Below are positions 47,920 to 58,950 of a DNA stretch of 64,000 nucleotides, one piece after another (positions within the stretch are counted from its first letter, which is position 1; every line of letters begins with the position of its first letter). Source of the DNA: Lama glama. Its lineage: Eukaryota. Below the pieces are notes generated by a model that saw nothing but the letters and a program-made list of their open reading frames with translations, did not search any database and was not told the origin of the DNA. Location: positions 38,814,001 through 38,878,000 of the forward strand of contig CM052818.1 in the NCBI GenBank assembly GCA_028534125.1. The letters are read 5' to 3'. The translations under genes and the position numbers were made by a program.

Positions 47920-48480
47920 ACCAGGCCCAGGAGCTTCCAGTGCAACTCCAGCCTCCTCCCATGCCACCTCGTCCAGCCTGCACGTGGCAGCAGGCGGTCT
48001 TATTAAAACCCACGAGGCTGGTCCCAGTGCTCCTTTGCTCAAAGCCCTGCAAGGGCACCATCTCACAAGGCGTTAAGTGTTGAGGCCCCGCAGAGGCCCT
48101 CGCAGCCCCCACACTGTCCTCATTACCTCCTGACCTCAGCTCCCAGGAGCCTCCCCTGGCCGACTCTGTCCTTCTTGCTGGGCCCTGAACAAGCAAGACT
48201 TCATATTTGCTGTTCCCTTTTTCTGGAATGTTCTTCCCTACAAGGCTCACTTCCTTCGAGTTTTCATCAAACGTCTCCTTTCCTCCTTTTCTCCTAACCA
48301 CCCCGTTCACCTTACCTACCACCCAGCCCCACCTGCCTCTTTCTCCGTCACACTGCTCACCTCCTATAGTTTCCTTAGGGTTGGGGCTTACTGCCTTTCT
48401 CGCTTGCTAGAATGCAAACCCTGTGAGGGCAGGGATTCACATCTGCTCCTAGGCCAGCTGGGGCACCCAGCAGGCGTAGC
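47920..48480 (+). mobile_element. L2 fragment
   Basis: tttgctgttcccttttctggaatgttcttcc...ctagaatgcaaaccctgtgagggcagggat. Confidence 0.75.
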
Positions 48481-49279
48481 CGGCGGGGATAGGCCCTGTG
48501 GCACAGAGCAGCCCAGAGAGGGAGGAGCAAATGAGGTAGGACTGGATCTGCCACTGTCCATGGAGCTGACTGTGCAAGTGAACCCCAGGAACCCTCTCAC
48601 TGGGGAGGAGGGGAGGCCTGGACTGTCTCCAGGGTTGAGTCCAACCTCTTAGGGGCTGTGTGAGCTCCTGTCAGGAGGGGATCCCCTCTTCTCTTTCCCA
48701 AAGCTGCTGCAAACTTGGGGCCCCATCCCACTGGTGTGGAAGAGCCACTGGAGGGAAGACCAGCTCACCCCTCCTTCCACCCCTCCCACCCCACAACCAC
48801 AAACGGGGTAAAAGGACAGGTCACAGGTCAGGGAGTGACCTTTCTAACTCGGGGTCAGTCGTCCTGGCAAACTGAACACAAAGCCAGCCTCTCCGCATCT
48901 GCAGGAGGCTGTCTGGCCCCAGCGACATTCCAAGCATTCTTTGGGGTCCTGTGTCTAGGGGGGAAGTAAGGCTTTGTGCAGTGAGGAAGTGTCTGGCTGA
49001 CTGCGACCCCTTTGTTTGGCTGCCAGCACTGCCTGCAGTCCTCAGGCCCCACTCTCTGGTCCGTCAGACCAGCTGGGGTGAGGGTGGGGGTGGGGACAGA
49101 GGTCCCTGGGGTTGGTGCCTTCCTGCCGCCCTGCAGACACAGAGCCCTCAACAGGGCTTCCTTTTCAGCCCCTTTTTGGGCCCGGCCTCAGTCTAGTAGG
49201 GATCAGATTGAGGGGCAGGCCAGGTGCCACAAGCTTTTTCCAGAAATAGCACCTTGGGTGGGCTGCGGCTTGGCCTGTG

Positions 49280-49510
49280 GAGAGCACTTGAACACAGGGG
49301 TTGCCCACATTGGTTTGAATCCTACCATTGCCACTTTCTAAGGAGGTGGCCTTCTCGCAGTGATGTCACTTGTCCAAGTCTAGTTTTGTCATCTGTAAAA
49401 TGGGTTAACAATACTCACCAGATACTGTTATTGAGAGGATTAAGTGAATGTGTGTGATGGTGCTCAGGATGGTTTCTGACACAAGCAGACACTCAATAAA
49501 TGTGAATTCC
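49280..49510 (+). mobile_element. MIR SINE
   Basis: tggtttgaatcctaccattgccactt...agttttgtcatctgtaaaatggg...gaggattaagtgaatg...cactcaataaatgt. Confidence 0.85.
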
Positions 49511-51414
49511 ACGGTGTCAGGAGACTCTGACAGAGCAGGAGAAGCTCAATCCCTATCCTCATGGGGTGGAGGGGCATCAAGGCGACCCCCAGGAAGAGGA
49601 AAGGTGCCCATGCCAGGGTGCGGGTGTGCTCAGGGCCAGGGGGCTGTCTGCCTCTTCTTCCTGGACCAAGGGCTGGGGGCACGTGTGGCTCCATGTGACT
49701 CAGCACTCAGGCCACTGGGGCAGAAATGCAGGGAGCTGGGGACTATCCTACCCTGGTCCACATGCTATGGATCCCTGGGCAGTTCAGAGGTCAGTCCAGG
49801 AAGAGGGGAGATTGGCCTTCCAAGGAGGTGGACCTGGGCACTGTCTGTGACTCCGAAAGCCCTGCACAGGTGCGGTGGGGCCATGGAGGGTGTGGAGTAC
49901 ACAGTGGTTACAGGCAAACAGCTGTGACTCAGCCACAGGGAGCAGAAGTCTGGCCACCACAGGAAGGCCTCCCTAAGGAGCGAGCTTCTGGTCAGCGGCA
50001 GCATGGGGCAGAGCTGCTGAGTGTGGCCTGGGAGTTGCAGAGGGTCCCTGTCCTGGGAAACAGGCCACATCCAGCCCTGAGGGCACAGAGGTCCTGCGGG
50101 CGCAGCAGGAGCACTGGCTAGCTGCCTGACCTTGGCGAGGTAAGTTTTCTTCATTAAGAGGATCCTCAGGACCACGGTGCCCAGCAGCATCGCCTGCGAA
50201 GTAGCCTGCACGGCCCCCCTCAACAGACAGCGGCTGGTCTGACTGTTTCTGCAGAAGCCTTGGCCTGCGGGGCAGAAAGAGCCCCTCAGTCCAAGCCCTG
50301 GACCGGCATCCAGCTCACTGTGAGGCCTCCAGCTGGTCTCTGGCTCTCTCTGGGCTGCCCTTCTCCCTCTACATCCTGAGAGGAGTGACAAACCCCTTCC
50401 TGTTGTGGTCTTCTGGGTGGCCTTGGATTGTCCCCGGAGGGTCCTGCTCCAGACAGGTGGAGCCAGGTCAGAGGTTGCACGTCCATCTTCCAGTGGGATA
50501 ACTGCAGGGTGTTAGACGTGCCCTGGCTGCAAGGCATGCTGGGAGGTCCCATGGGGCATGGCTGGCCTGCCTGGGGAAGGGGGACAGGTGCCAACTGCTG
50601 CCCGTTCCAGGTGTGCCTGAGGATGGAGATACCTGCCAGAATCAGGCTCCAGAGGGTGTCTCCTGGGCACCCGTGGGTCAGGGTGTGGTGTGTGGCATGG
50701 AGACCCACTCCATCAAAATCAGTAATTGTGGGGAGGCATGGCATTCAGAGGGACCCTAGACTGTCTGACAAGTGGACAGGAGTGGCAGGACGCAGTGGGC
50801 CCCTGATCTGGTGGAGGAGCCGTTGTGGTGGAGGGTGAAAGCAGGCTGCAGGCAGGGGATGCAGCCATGGAGAGCCGTGGGCCACCAGGGAGTGTGCATG
50901 CAGTGCTGCGGGCTGCTAGTGTTCAGAATCTGAGCTGGGTGCTGGGTGTGGCCCTGTCCCCACTTTAATTCCTATTCACAGCTGGCTCTGAGCAGGCAGC
51001 TAGCCTTGTTCTGGGCCTCACAGTCTTAGGCGTCTAAGTGAGCCGAGCAGGGGGAAAGGCCTGCCCTCCCCGTGGCGTGCAGGCTCAGAAGTGAGCACCT
51101 GTCCTTGGCTGGACACTGCGGCTCTGTTTCTTTCCACAGAGAACGCTGGGCCTGCTGCTGGGAAGAAGTGGCCGTGACCGGCTATCTGGAGCTCCAGTTG
51201 CAAAGAGAGCTCAGGACAAGACCTGGCTGCTGTTCCTCTCCTCTTCCTGATCCCCCAGTAAGCAGGATGCAGCCCTAACGGAAGTGACACGAGGTTCCCC
51301 ATCTCTGCTTGAGGGTAGCAAGTTTGAACCTAGCAGAACACTTTGGGAGAGAAGTGATGTCGTTTAACTCCAGCAGCTACTTCGTGGAATCCCGACAGAC
51401 TCTGCCTTCTAGAT

Positions 51415-51596
51415 CAGGAGTCTCAAACTCAAATGTGCCCGTGACTCACCTGGAGAGCCTGCTAAAACACAGATTCCTGGGCCCCCCAGCACTTCTGATT
51501 CAGCAGGTCTAGGGTGGGGCCTGAGATTCTACATCTCTCAGATGCTGCCAGTTGGTGCTGATGCTGCCAACCCCACATTCACGATGAGCAGCACCA
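51415..51596. mobile_element. MER5A hAT-Charlie MITE
   Basis: tcacctggagagcctgctaaaacacagattcctgggcccc...ttctgattcagcaggtctagggtggggcctgagatt. Confidence 0.85.
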
Positions 51597-51602
51597 TCTA
51601 GA

Positions 51603-51770
51603 CCTTTGCTACTCACAGAGCGGAACTCAGCCTAACAGCAGCGATGTCACCAGGGAGCTCGTTAGAGGCACAGAATTTGCACCCCCCACCAGCCCCCACC
51701 AGCCTCTGGGTCAGAATTTGCATTTTAACAAGAGCCCAGGTGATTCCTTGGTTCATTCAAATTCACTGGC
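51603..51770. mobile_element. MER5A1/MER5B-like hAT-Charlie MITE
   Basis: gtcaccagggagctcgttagaggcacagaat...tcagaatttgcattttaacaagagcccaggtgattc. Confidence 0.8.
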
Positions 51771-51778
51771 CTGTGGAA

Positions 51779-51978
51779 CAGCACTGTCTATTCAGAACTT
51801 TCTGTGATGACAGAAATGTTCAATACCTGCACTGCCCAATATAGTAATCACCAGCCACCAGTGATGGTTAAGCATTTGAAATGTGGCTAGTGTGATTGAG
51901 GAACTGAATTTTTTATTCAACTTAACTTTAAATTTAAATAGTCGCCTGTACCTAGTGGCTTCCATTTGTCACCATAGG
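51779..51978. mobile_element. MER3 hAT-Charlie MITE
   Basis: cagcactgtctattcagaactttctgtgatgacagaaatgttc...gcatttgaaatgtggctagtgtgattgaggaactgaattttt. Confidence 0.88.
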
Positions 51979-52129
51979 TCTAGAGTAACCCAGCTCTGAG
52001 GGGTCGTCACCGTGTAGATGGGGGAAAGGTTCAGAGAGGGATCAGAACATGCCTGAGTCAGTGACAGGGTGGGACCAGAACAATGTTCCTGGGCTCTGAG
52101 ACCAGTGTTTTCCCCTCTGCATGGCATGG

Positions 52130-52400
52130 CCACCAGACGTTCAGGAGTCTGAGAACTTCGTGAGAGGTATGGAGGAGATAAGGGGGAGGGAATGGGGGGC
52201 AGAACTGAAGGTGACCCCTAGTTTGCAGCTTGGACCCTGGGTAACAATGGTGCCACTTGGTGAGATGTCGCTGCAGTGCTGGGGAAGGGGAGGATGAATT
52301 CAGCTCTAGAAGATTTGAGTTTGAGGCCTATGGTGTGGGCAGTTGGAGGTGTCCAGAGGTACAGGTCTGGAGCCCTATGGAGAGGGCAGGGAGGGACACA
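52130..52400 (-). mobile_element. L2 fragment
   Basis: ggtaacaatggtgccacttggtgagatg...gatgaattcagctctagaagatttgagtttgagg. Confidence 0.6.
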
Positions 52401-53310
52401 GAGTTGGGCCCCTGGGCTGCGTACATCTGCTGTCTCCCACAGCTCCTTGAGACATGATTCTTCAATCCCCTGCGGTCCCCGTGGCCCTCACTGCAGCAAG
52501 GGGTGATGCCTGGCAGTCACCCAGCATCCCCTGCACCTGTGCCCTAGACGTGCACCATAGTGTCTGCAGCTCAGAAAGGCCCGTGGAGGTACCACCTCCC
52601 AGGGCCTCTGACTTAACCAAGCCTGCCCTGTGCCCACTTGTCTGATGGCCAGAGGAAGAAGTGAAGTGAGGCCAACTCACTGAATCCTCACAGCAGAAGT
52701 TCTGCCTCCATAGAGGCCTCTTCAACACCTCCACGCTCAGTGAAAAGAGACCCATAAAATGACTCTCCACACACAAATAGAAAGACTATTTCTGGGACTA
52801 GAGAAAGAATAAAGTGGCAGGGCGTCGAGGATCAAAGGAGGATAGGCCTGGAGACGGGCAGCCCAGAGGGGACCAAGTGCTGGCGAGCAGGCCAGTGGGG
52901 GCCTGGAGGCAGATCAGCTCCATGTGATGGGGGCCTGCAGGGTCACAGCCGTCCTCCTCCCAGTGGCTGCCTGGGAGGTAGTGAGCTCCCCGTCATGGTA
53001 GGAGCCCAAGCCGGGACTGGAAAGCAGCTGTTGGAGAGACTGCAGAGGAGCTCCAGCCTCAGGAAGAGGGCAGGACCAGAGTCTCCCACCTTTATTTTCC
53101 CCAGATTCAATCATTTTATGAACCTCGTTCCTCCAGAGGGGCCGAGCAGCAGTTTCAACTTTTCATATGGATTTGCCATCCTAGGGGGTCCCCCTCTCCT
53201 ATTTTAGTCCTCCGGCCTCCCTCCCAGCTAATTAATAATATTGTTCATGTGCAATTAATTAATCACACGTCACTGCGGGGTGTGACCTGATGCTACGTGG
53301 TTTCACAGGC

Positions 53311-53450
53311 CAGTGCTTCTCAAACTCCAATGGGCATAAAAACACTGGGGATCTGATCCAGCTGGTCTGGGGTGGGGCCTGAGAGTCTGCATTTCCAACA
53401 AGCTCCCAGGTGCTGCTGCTGGTCCTGGGGCCACATGTGAAGAAACATGG
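53311..53450. mobile_element. MER5A hAT-Charlie MITE (internally deleted)
   Basis: cagtgcttctcaaact...ggtctggggtggggcctgagagtctgcatttccaacaagctcccaggtgctgctgctggtcc. Confidence 0.85.
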
Positions 53451-54789
53451 CTGGGGCTGCCAGAGAGACCTGGAGGATTCTATGACGGGGTGGGGAGTGG
53501 GGCCCAGGGTGAGCACTAAGAAGCTCCCTGTGCAGGAATTTCAGAGGAATGGACTCACTTCTCTCTGAAGCAGAACTGTCTCAATGCCGCCGCTCTCCAT
53601 CTTGGGGGCCATTCCTAGTCTCCCTGCTTGAGAAGCATAAACCAGTTATAAGAGGGCAAGCCCACCATGGCCTGGGGGCCCTGTGCGACCTCCCCTCTCC
53701 CCCTTGTCCCTGGTGAACTGCTTCAGCCTGGAGGAGCTCTTTATTGGATCTGCGTGGTGGGCAGCTGAGGTCCCATCAGAGCAGGGCTTGGTCCCGGGCC
53801 AGCCCAGCCTAGCCCAGCCCAGCCACAGCTCTAGACAAAGGAGTCCCCTTCCGCCCCACCCCCAGCAGGTGCTGACACAGAGACAGCACTTTGCAGAGCC
53901 CTTCACTGGGAACCAAGGAGGTCTTCATCTCTGACCCTTCCCACTTCTGGGCCTTGGTTTCCCTATCTATAGTGTGTGTGTGTGGGGGGGAAATGAAGGC
54001 TCTCTCAGACGTACCGGCTCCGCACCCACCCATTCGGGCTTTCGGAGCTCAGAGCAGGTGGGGATGGGGCCATAGCCAGGGCAAGGCTCCATCCGGACGC
54101 ACACGCCTTCACAGCCCCTCTCTGCACTGAGGGTTCTCAGATATTTTTAGGAAGGTTGGCGCCTCCTAGGCTGTGATTCATTAATGCAGCTGACAAAGAT
54201 CAACATCTTTTGAAATCGCAGTTGGAAGTTGAGACCATTCCCTAACATGGCAGTGTGTGTGTTAGGGAGATGGGAGGTTGGGGAGAGGGAGGGGGAAATT
54301 AGAGGGTGGAGGGGAGCGGGGTGTGTCGGGGGGAAGTGGGCAGGGGTCCTGGGAGTGTACATTTTGAGAGTGAGGGACAAATAGTACAGGGCTATTTGGC
54401 CAGGACAAAGCAGGACAAAGTTTCACAAGTGTTCTGGGAAGATGTCATGTACGTGTGTGTGTGTGAGAGAGAGATGAAGGAAGCCACCAACGGGGATACT
54501 GTGATATCATGGATCAGCCTTCACAGCCTCTTTTGCTGATTTGAATAAATACTTGTTGAGGCCCAATTGTGGTCAGGCACTGTGTTGTGAGGCCCATTTG
54601 TTTACTGCTCTTTTGTCTGTTTGTGCATTTATTCTGCACCTGTGTATTGAGTACCTGCTTTGTGCGTTTATTCTGCACACATGCATCAGATACCTGCTCT
54701 GTGCAGGCCCTGAGCCATCCTGTGCTACGTTCCTTGGGGGCACTGCCATGTTGGGACCTGCCGAAGGAGGTAGAGGAGGTAAAGACAAG

Positions 54790-54900
54790 AGTGGAGAGGC
54801 CTGGCTCTGATTCTTACTCCAGTATCTTCTGCTTTGTAACCTTAGGTGAGTCTCTGGGCCTCAGTTTCCTCCTCCATCAAATGGGTGTGGTGTAATCATT
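54790..54900 (+). mobile_element. MIR fragment
   Basis: gctttgtaaccttaggtgagtctctgggcctcagtttcctcctccatcaaatggg. Confidence 0.75.
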
Positions 54901-55278
54901 GCTCTCCTGCCTGACTCACTGTTAACAGAATGGAGGCCAAGGCATGTGATTAACATCAAAACGCACTCTATTTTTGTTATGCCTGCAGGATACTGCCTCA
55001 TAGGGGAATTCAGTGTGCACAGAGCAACCGACCCGCTCACAGCCTCCTCATTGATTTCATCACAGCCATCTTGGATGGCCACCAGAGCTTCTTCCAGCCT
55101 GCCCTCTCCCACAATGCTCTTGGCTGGGGTTGGGGGGAGGTGGGCTGCCCCCATGCTGGGCCAGGATGGAGAAGACTGCTCATCAGGCCTGGGTGTCACC
55201 CCAGGTTCTGCCACCTGCTCCCCATAAATGAGATTGCATTCATCAGGGTTCTCCTGAGAAACAGAACCAATAAGATGC

Positions 55279-55532
55279 TGTGTTAGCTCAGTATTCCATA
55301 AGAAAATACCACAGACTGGGTGGCTTAACGCAACAGAAATTTGTTTCTCACGGTTCCAGAGGCTGGGAGTCCCGAGATCAGGGTGGTGGTATGGTTGGAC
55401 TCTGGTAAGAGCCCCACCCTCAAGACCTAATTAAACCTAATTACCTCCCCCAAATCCCACCTCCTAATACCTTCATATTGTGGGTTAGGGCTTCAATGTG
55501 TGAATTTGCAGGGACATATTTGGCTCATAACA
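55279..55532 (-). mobile_element. Nested MaLR LTR (MLT1A-like), internally deleted
   Basis: aaaataccacagactgggtggcttaa...tttctcacggttccagaggctgggagtcccgagatcaggg...cctaattacctccccc...ggttagggcttcaatgtgtgaattt...cataaca. Confidence 0.85.
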
Positions 55533-55613
55533 AATATATATACATATATATATACACACATATATACACACATATATATACACACACAAATATATATATA
55601 TTATATATATATA
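55533..55613. repeat. (TA)n/(CA)n compound microsatellite
   Basis: atatatatacatatatatatacacacatatatacacacatatatatacacacacaaatatatatatattatatatatata. Confidence 0.95.
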
Positions 55614-57974
55614 AAGGGATTTATTGCATGGAATTGTCTCACAATTACGGAGACTGGCAAATCCAAATCTGCAGTGGGTCAGCAGGCTGGAGATCCAGCA
55701 AAGCTAATGCTTAGATGACATTGTGGCAGAATTCCTTCTTACTCGGGGAGCCTGGTCTTTTTCTTCAATTTAGGCCTTCAATTGATTGGATGAGGCTTGC
55801 TGCTTTGCTCAATATCCACCTTTTCAAATGGTAATCTCATCCAAAAACACCTTGCAAGTTGACATATAAAATTAACTGCCATATAGATGGTGGGCTTGGC
55901 CATGGCTTGGACATAAGCCCTGGGATCTTCTTGGAGTTCTGGAACCCCGTTTCCCATTTCATCTTTCTGGACCATGCTTAGAGTGTACAAAATTGCCCCC
56001 AGAGCCAGCCTGGTTGTACCAAATCATGGAAGATGCCAAACCTCTGTGGAGTCTGGGCTTTGCACTGCCAGGTGGGAGCAAGTCCAGTGCTGCTTCATGG
56101 ACAAGCTGACGTGTCGCCAGGGCACAAGCTGACAGATCACCCCAGTATCCACTCTGCTGTGAACTCAGAGGCTCAGTGCCCAATATTTTTCTCTCCCTAG
56201 AACAACCTCCAAGATGCCTTGTAACCTTTTAGGAACATTTTCACAGTTTAAAAACAGCAAGTGCCACACAGCCCAGGCGTCAGGGTGGCCAGGATTGGGC
56301 TCCCCAGGCAGGGCAAGAAAGACTGTGGGCTGGTGTGGGGGCCTGGGCGGGGCCTGGAACCAGAGGGGCCTGGGGCCTATGCCCTTCCTTCCTTCCTTCC
56401 CTCCCCAGTAGCACCACTGAGCTAGCTCTCCTCTGAGCCCTGGGAGACAACGTGGACAGGATCCAGCCGCACCTGAAGGAGCTTAGGAGCTGACAGACGC
56501 AGTGATGGTGGGAGTCAGCTCAGGCCTCATGGGAGCTGGGAGTGGACAGTGTATGACTCTGGCCTGCCCGAAGGGTACTGCTGGGTTCCAAAGGGAGAGG
56601 CTTTTGACCTGGCCTTGAGGGGAACTGGAGTTTGTCCAGGCGCCCAGGTGTGCTGTGGAGGGAAGACTGCGGCCCACCGCCCTCCAGCCCTAGTTCCCAC
56701 ATCAGCAGAACAAGGAGACTGGGCTAGAGGAGCTCCAGGGCCCCAAGTGGAGATAAGGTGGATAAGCTGTCTTCTTCGTGTGCTCCTGGCTCCTTCCTTC
56801 ACGTGTGCGTGGATGCGAGCAAGGATGCCCCCGCCCCACATCCAGCCCCGCCCCGCATCCAGCCCCGGCTGTGCTGAGGGGAGCCCAGTTCAAAACCACA
56901 GACGTGAGCGTGTCTACCACTGCTGCACGTCCCAGCACTCCCTCACATTCCCCAAGCCCTGGGGCTGCCCTCAGACCTGTAACACAGGCCCATCAGCCAC
57001 CTACTCACCCAGATTCCTGGGCTGGGAGCAGCTCTGACTCCTGCCTCCCTGTGGGCCTGAGTCCCTGACTTCTGCAGTAGTCAGTGGACAGAAGTCATAG
57101 TTAGTTACTGAGTAGCCTGTAAATGTGGTAACCTTTATCATGGAGAAGTTGATAAAGTAAAAGAACTTGATTATGTACTTGATAAAGAACTTGATCATGT
57201 AAAATAAGCTGGAACATGGGGCTAGGAGGCTGGGGAGGACAGGACGGGCAGAAACCACTTTCTCCTTCTTGCAGAGTAGGCAGCCTGGAGACACTGTGCA
57301 AAGCCGATGCAGTAGAACATATCTGAATTTAAACCAATTATTTAATGTTATAAGGACACCAAATAGAAGAGCTAAAAGTAATTCAACAAAACCAGGAGAG
57401 ACGTGAAAGCTAAGGGGGAAGAAGTGCACTAACTGGATCACCTTTCATGGCAGGAAGTCAATAGACACTGTCCAGAGTCAACACACCGTGAAATCAAGGT
57501 CTAAGCTACTTAGAACTATGGTGTAACCACCTGAACAAACACAAGTCAGGACAACATAACAGAAGTAGTCAAACTGGTTTCCTCTGGGTCCTGGGACTGG
57601 GCGGAGTCAGGAGACTTGTGCTTAATGCCATCCTCAACTCTTTGCACCTCTAATTTCATATCTGCCCTGGTACTGTTATCATGAACATGCAGTTGTGATG
57701 TGTTTTAAAACCTTATAGGAGAAGGACTGAGGGAAGGCTCTGGATGGCTGTTCAGGTGTGGGGTGGTGAGGTTAGAAGCTGGAAAACGGAAGTACCATCG
57801 TCTCTGGCGGTTGTATACGGAGGGTCCTAGGTGTGCATGCAGGGTCCTCAAGAGCAGGGAACCCGCTGCGTTATATCCAGGTCAGGGCTCACGGCAGGTG
57901 CCCAGAGAATTTTCATTAAGTGGATAAGAAGGGAAAGAAGTAATGTCAATGCGATGCTCCTCCCACACAAGGAA

Positions 57975-58064
57975 GGAAGATGAGGAAAAAAGGAAGATGA
58001 GGAAAAAAGGAAGGAAGGAAGGAAGGAAGGAAGGAAGGAAGGAAGGAAGGAAGGAAGGAAGGAA
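57975..58064. repeat. Two copies of the 17-mer ggaagatgaggaaaaaa followed by (GGAA)14
   Basis: 17-mers at 57975-57991 and 57992-58008; perfect GGAA run at 58009-58064. Confidence 0.95.
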
Positions 58065-58241
58065 GGGGGAGATGGGAGGGAGGGAAGGTCACCGTATGTA
58101 AACCCAAGTTTCCCCAAAGGCTCTGTCAGGGCTGGTGCTCCCTGACCCGCAGCCTCCCTCTGGGCTCTTGGCTTCACCTGGTCCTCAGGGCATGTGACAG
58201 TGCCTGATGCTATCGCCTCATCAGGAGGCCACTCCTGTTAC

Positions 58242-58421
58242 CAGAGCCGGCTTCATGGATGCATGGTGACCTGTGCAGTCACCCAGGGCTCAGCACGCAA
58301 AGGGCTACATGCTTGATTTAACGCTCTGCTGTCATCTTCTTGTAATTCTGAACAATTTCAGACAAAGGGACCCCACATTTTCATTTTGCACTGAGCCCTT
58401 CAAATTATGTAGCCAGTCCTG
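58242..58421. mobile_element. MER91-like hAT-Tip100 MITE
   Basis: Terminal inverted repeats cagagccggcttcat...atgtagccagtcctg, with internal cacattttcattttgcactgagccc. Confidence 0.8.
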
Positions 58422-58499
58422 CTTACAGTCCTAGAACTAACCTAACAGCAGTCATCTTACTTCTTAAGTCTTGTCCCCTGCCCTAGGCCCTAGGGCTCA

Positions 58500-58950
58500 C
58501 TCAGCAGAGATGCAGGAACAAATTCAACAGCAGCTCCCTGCCTAGAATTGGGGAGGAAGTCAAGAAAACAATAAATGATGATGACACCACCACTGTGAGC
58601 TTAGTGGGACATTGGGTATAAACAGAAATTGTGGCAGGAGTGTGGGATAGAGGACAGTTCACTCTGCAGTCCTGTGGTGGGTACCCGAGAGATCTCAGCC
58701 TGAGAGAGGGGCCTCGTGTGGATACACTGGAGGGTACAGGGCAAATGGGGACCATTATGGCTTCCTATGGCTGAAGCATAGGCTGCTGGGCTGGGGAGAA
58801 GCTGGAAGAAAGGCTGCAGGGGCAACAGGCCAAGTTAGAAAGTTTGAACTGTGTCCAGCAGGCAGTGCGTTTTAAGCAAGGGAGGGAAGCGATCAGATTT
58901 CTGTACTAGAAGGATCACTGTCAGTTCCGTGTGGAGAATGGGTTCCAGTT
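58500..58950 (-). mobile_element. L2 fragments
   Basis: ttttaagcaagggagggaagcgatcagatttctgtactagaaggatcactgtcagttccgtgtggagaatgg. Confidence 0.7.

Larger units (their letters stand above)
55235..55883 (-). mobile_element. ERVL LTR (MLT2-like), interrupted by a nested MaLR LTR and a TA/CA tract
   Basis: tcagggttctcctgagaaacagaaccaataagat...ggccttcaattgattggatgaggc...aatctcatccaaaaacacc...caagttgacatataaaattaac. Flanked by gagat (55230-55234) and tagat (55884-55888). Confidence 0.88.

Noticed and set aside
50878..50900. CCACCAGGGAGTGT, CTCF-like
   Set aside because: Several mismatches in the GGCGC half; too weak to call without data.
57149..57201. CRISPR-like repeat-spacer pattern
   Set aside because: Only two imperfect short units in mammalian DNA, with no array and no cas genes.
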